DNA of 64,000 nucleotides from Azolla caroliniana (taxonomy: Eukaryota > Plantae > Polypodiophyta). The DNA is taken from NCBI GenBank assembly GCA_043228905.1, contig JBHGNT010000003.1, positions 23,870,001-23,934,000 of the forward strand, given 5' to 3'. The first letter of the stretch is position 1. Each line of letters starts with the position of its first letter. Below are positions 59,381 through 64,000 of this stretch, piece after piece. The translations under genes were made by a program, and so were the position numbers. Below the pieces are notes generated by a model that saw nothing but the letters and a program-made list of their open reading frames with translations, was not told the origin of the DNA and searched no databases.

Positions 59381-59382
59381 AG

Positions 59383-59783
59383 AAAGCGACGATGACTTAC
59401 GAGCAATTGGATTTGGACTATGGTTTAGACCAAAAGACTTTGTTACTCTTGTAATGCTTCTACTCAAACCTAGAGTTGGGCTTGTTATGGTTGGTTGAAC
59501 CTATTACAAAATAAGGATGTCAAAGCCTAACTATTCCAACCATTTTGAAAAAAAACAAGAGAAGAAAGAACACATACATTATACCAAAAGCGACGATGAC
59601 TTACGAGCAATTGGATTTGGACTATGGTTTAGACCAAAAGACTTTGTTACTCTTGTAATGCTTCTACTCAAACCTAGAGTTGGGCTTGTTATGGTTGGTT
59701 GAACCTATTACAAAATAAGGATGTCAAAGCCTAACTATTCCAACCATTTTGAAAAAAAACAAGAGAAGAAAGAACACATACAT
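59383..59783. repeat. Perfect tandem duplication, 204-bp period
   Basis: AAAGCGACGATGACTTACGAGC...GAACACATACAT at 59383 and 59587. Confidence 0.95.
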
Positions 59784-59841
59784 ATATAATATATTCTTTC
59801 CAAATATGACAGACACTTTGTATACGACAAGCTTCTCTATC

Positions 59842-61987
59842 TCAGCTCTTACCCACAGCCTTTAGCAATTTGATCGACTCTTCTGTGCGAATGTTTCTCA
59901 TTTTTCTGGAGGATTTGGAGGTAGTGCTACTTCTGATGGATTCTCTTGAATGCACCAAAATCTCTGCAAGCTCTGCTCTAATGTTGGGATCTAGCATTAG
60001 GTTCTGTGGCTTCACATCCAAATGAACCACTTTGTCTCTGCTTCCCTCATGCAGAAACGCAAGTCTTCGTGCCACGTCCACAACAATCCTGTTCTGTATC
60101 TCCCATAGTCAGGTATGTGATCGCTCCTCATTCTTCTCTTCTGTGGTACATTGGAATATCCATCTATGGAGACATCCTCCATGTACTCGTATACCAGAAG
60201 CCGATGAGTCCCTTATGCACAGAAACCCCTCAGCTGGACGAGATTGACATGGCTCAAGCTGTCCAGTGCAACTACCTATGTTCAGAATTGCTTCTTCCCC
60301 AATGATTACCTGCCCAGAGAACTTAATCAGTCACATAAAAAATATATAAATTAATAGGCGTGAACTGGATTGCTGACATTAGGCAAAATGGAACTAGTAT
60401 GACCAACGAATAACATGAGCTGTTTCACTGCTACTTTGATTGCACCAGTGCTCTTGGTGTCCACATTAGTGCTATGATTCTGATTTTGATGAGTGGAGGG
60501 AGGTAGGATAAGGCCTTCATAAACGGCGCCGGAATCCCCTTTTCCTAGCTTCTTGCTGAATCCCTCTGTGGCAGCTTCTAGCTCCTTGTAAGAGTCTCTA
60601 GGAGGCAAGCCAGGTAAGCTTTCCAAGAAATCCTCTTCTTCTGAATCAGGGTACTCTACTGCCTTCCTTGCTAGTCTCTGACCAATGAAGACTCCGAGAA
60701 TGGCAAGGCAAATGATCACAACACCCAAACCAACAGTTAGACTGAAAATAAAACTCATAGAAGCTCCTGCATTATCATTAGCAATTGGGCAAACATAAAT
60801 TAGTGCATTGGGTTGCATTATTCACAATGCGAGGATCCATGTACCTTGGCAACTCAAGAAATTGATGTTCCATAGCTATGCTGCAATTCAGCGGAGTGAT
60901 GAGGTGATGTCCCTGTCAGCTGCAAGTTTGGAGACAGCTACAAATGCTGTTTACACTGCAATAGAAGGGTAACTTACAGTAGCTGCTGAAGAATTTCTTG
61001 AAAAGCCATCGTGAGAGAGGAGAAAAGAGTCTATATTGCCTGTTGGCATGAGACGCAGATATCTGAACCTGGAGCCCTTCAAATGAGTACTTATAAAATG
61101 GATGCCATGAATGATAAACCCATCGGTTTCTGCGTGACGCTGGGTAGTAATCACAGAGCTCCTTGATCTAGATTCACCCCAATCCATCTGGGTTATACAT
61201 TACCACAACGAGTTTGGAAGCAGAGTGCAAAACTCCAGTGAGTTATCCAGAAAAGCCTTCTGCATAAGTGATGACTGGCATAGGGTATATTGATCAGTTG
61301 TTGATGAAAGGTGGCATAGAGCACAGGCCCAGCGGGCTCTGATTTCCAGACATAATGGCCAATAGAGACATCATCCAAGGAGATGCCTCGTGTGAGAGTG
61401 TGGTTATGCGTAAGACCTTGTCTTGCGAGCAAAACATCTTTAGAATAATTGTAGCTCTGTCAAAGAGTGGAGTTACTGTCATCTTGATTCACAAGGTTCC
61501 CCATGTCATTCATCAGAACACTGTATATTTCTGGAGGAGAAGACCAAACCACTCTGACAGAAGGATTAGGATGAATAGAGTCATTGTTAGAGCTGCCATT
61601 GATGTTGCTGGTAATTGAGGTGTTGTCTTGAAGTATGATCTGTCTGTCAGGGTAAATGAGGTTTAGGGTTGCATTGGGTGAGACGGGGTGGTCTCTGTTG
61701 GCAATCCAAATCACAGTAGTGTTGAAGAGAGTGCAGAAGATGACGAGAAGACGCGTATGGTTTGTATATGGTACAAATTGCCAGGAGAAGGATCAATTGC
61801 TATTAAGAACAATCTTAAGGCTAGTATTCAGTGCAGTGGCTATGGTGGTGGTGTTATCAGGTACTAACAATTGCTCAGGGATTGTGGCACTATAAGTTAT
61901 TGGTATGAGAATGAGCTGCAGAGAACCAGCCATGACTGTAAGGATGAGAATATGGATATGGTCATGTTGCCTTGTGGGTGATGACAA
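59842..61987 (-). pseudogene. G-type lectin S-domain receptor-like kinase (SD2-5-like) pseudogene
   Basis: B-lectin remnants (VIWIANRDHPVS; STL*QS where W is expected), a TM helix, and FLESLPGLPPRDSYKELEAATEGFSKKLGKG and HLDVKPQN are present. There are many stops and frameshifts, and the kinase C-lobe is deleted. Confidence 0.88.
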
Positions 61988-62399
61988 ATCGTGATCGCCT
62001 TTGAACCGGTGAACTGAAGGTAATTAATCTTGGCAGAAAAAATTTAGACAGTGCAAGATCCACAAAAATGGAGGAAAGACAACAAATGTGCGTCTTTTGA
62101 TTTGCTTGCAAATAAAAACGTCCCATTGTGCAGTTGAGCTATATATGGAGTATACACAGACAAATACAGTGTTAATTATTATAAGATGTGAGAAAATGAA
62201 TAGGTCGATGGAGCAAGTGATCGAGCTTTGTGTGAGGATAGACTATATATATCAATTAGCGTAGCATGACATCCATCGGTTATTACTTAGTAAATTTATC
62301 GGTAAAGGTAGAACCGTAGTTGCCTATTTCTCAACCATAAACAGATTTAGATGCTGCTATGTACATGTTTCTAAATTCACTATTTGTGTAAAGCAATGA

Positions 62400-62730
62400 A
62401 GAGCTTCATAAAATTACATGTCATGTTGAGTCCCAAGCTTCTCTAGGACCCTATCTACAGAATCATGGTCCCTTCATATGTAGAAGGTACATGGAATTTA
62501 GGCCTAAATTCACCATTTGTGTTTGAATCCCAAGATTCTCTAGGACCCTATCCACAAAATTGTGATCCTTTGTATGTAGAAGTACATGGAATTTAGAGCG
62601 TCATAAAATTACATGTCCCATTGAATCCTAACCTTCTCACCTATCTACAGAATTATGGTCTTTCATATGTAAAATTATGGCCATATTTAAAATTTGGGAT
62701 AAAGTTTTGCCATGTAACAAATCCACCAAC
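62400..62730. repeat. Degenerate tandem repeats (~100-bp unit), homologous to 58335-58498
   Basis: TTGA(A/G)TCCCAAG.TTCTCTAGGACCCTATC.ACA.AAT..TG..CC..T..TATGTAGAA occurs three times. Confidence 0.75.
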
Positions 62731-63186
62731 ACTACTTATCAGCTATATTAATTATAAGCAATTGGTTTTGCATTCAGGTTTACATGAAATGACTTTGTTA
62801 CCATTGGAATGCTTCTATATCAATCTTTTAGGTATGAGTTGTGGAAAACAAATTTGTGAAGCATCTTGACTAAAATTGACAATGAATTGTGGTTGTGATG
62901 ATTCCAAGAGGTACAAACTGAATGGGTGCTTGTAATGATATCGAAGGAAAAATCAAAGTAATATAGCAAAAGATTACACCCTTAGGTTATGCATCAACTC
63001 ATGAAAACTGTTACAACCTTATACTTCTTATTTCTATGTAATCCTGAAAACGATTTCAAGAACAAATACATTCATTTCATTCCCATCCAAGTCCCAAATC
63101 AAACACGCCTGCATGCATAGACCTAAGTTCTTCATTGCATTTCGATTGCAGGAAAGCTGAATTTAGGTCTCATGGGCCTTTCAGCT

Positions 63187-64000
63187 CTACCGAGGCTCTA
63201 ACAAGCTGATCGAATCTTGCACGCGACTCATCGTCATTTTTCCAGTGGATGTGAAGGTAGTGCTACTGCTTATAGCACTGGTACTTGTACTATTTGTGCT
63301 GGATGGATCTGGACGTGATTGGCGCCGAAGAACATAAGTAAGTTCTAGAGGAGGATCAGGAACCTCAAGGTGCTGCTCCAGCATCAACAGGATCGTGCTC
63401 ATCGCCGGCCGTGACGATGCATTCTCTTGAATGCACCAGAATGCAACATGGATGAGCTTCTTCATGCTCTCTGTCGCAACAGCATAGTTATCTTTCACTT
63501 CCTCCAACAAGTGCTTGTCAATGACAGAGATTATGTCCCCATCCTCTGCTTGCTTCACTGCCCACGCTGGAAAATACCATCCATCCTCACTGCCCATCGC
63601 CAAATTGAGGTTCTTACGCCCCCCCACGAGCTCTAACAGCACCATTCCGTAGCTAAAAACATCACTTTTTTCTGTGATGGGCAAATTCAAAAACCACTCG
63701 GGAGCCATGTAACCTGGTGTTCCCCGCATTGCAGTCACGGTTTGGTTGTTCTCTCCTTCTCTGTCGATAAGCTTGCACAGCCCGAAATCTGCTAGCTTTG
63801 CTCTAAAGTTGGCATCTAGCAGTAGGTTCTGTGGTTTCACATCCAAATGGACAACTTTATCTCTGCTTCCTTCATGCAAAAAGGCGAGTCCTCGTGCCAT
63901 GTCTACAGCAATCCTGTACCGTATCTCCCATGGCAAGGTATGTGATTGGTCCTCATTCTTCTCTTCTGTGGTAATGGGGTTACTTCGGAATATCCATCTG
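63187..64000 (-). CDS. 3' part (kinase domain) of an SD2-5-like S-domain receptor kinase; the gene continues beyond the window
   Basis: Open frame encoding LPWEIRYRIAVDMARGLAFLHEGSRDKVVHLDVKPQNLLLD, ADFGLCKL, RGTPGYMAPEW, DVFSYGMVLLELVGGRKN and WYFPAWA. It is highly similar to 59990-60165. Confidence 0.9.
   Translation of the reverse strand, partial: RWIFRSNPITTEEKNEDQSHTLPWEIRYRIAVDMARGLAFLHEGSRDKVVHLDVKPQNLLLDANFRAKLADFGLCKLIDREGENNQTVTAMRGTPGYMAPEWFLNLPITEKSDVFSYGMVLLELVGGRKNLNLAMGSEDGWYFPAWAVKQAEDGDIISVIDKHLLEEVKDNYAVATESMKKLIHVAFWCIQENASSRPAMSTILLMLEQHLEVPDPPLELTYVLRRQSRPDPSSTNSTSTSAISSSTTFTSTGKMTMSRVQDSISLLEPR

Overview
This is AT-rich, intron-containing nuclear DNA from a land plant. 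Gene density and the style of the PLS-PPR and receptor kinase genes suggest a compact-genome seed-free plant such as a fern, but that is inference only. Genes in order: single-domain rhodanese (+), uridine kinase/UPRT (+), papain-family cysteine protease (-), ORC5 (-), ATG10 (+), non-RD LRR receptor kinase (+), PLS-class PPR with a broken E tail (-), YtqB/MnmM-type methyltransferase (+), gamma-tocopherol methyltransferase (-), a G-type lectin S-domain RLK pseudogene (-), and the 3' end of an intact paralog (-). Mobile DNA includes a non-autonomous hAT-like element with TIRs and an 8-bp TSD, and a 5'-truncated LINE. The most unusual signal is that introns of four unrelated genes carry degenerate copies of their own neighbouring exon/intron junctions. 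In addition, two convergent methyltransferase genes share a ~0.55-kb intronic repeat. I see no clear new multi-gene system. Exon boundaries were read by eye and are approximate.
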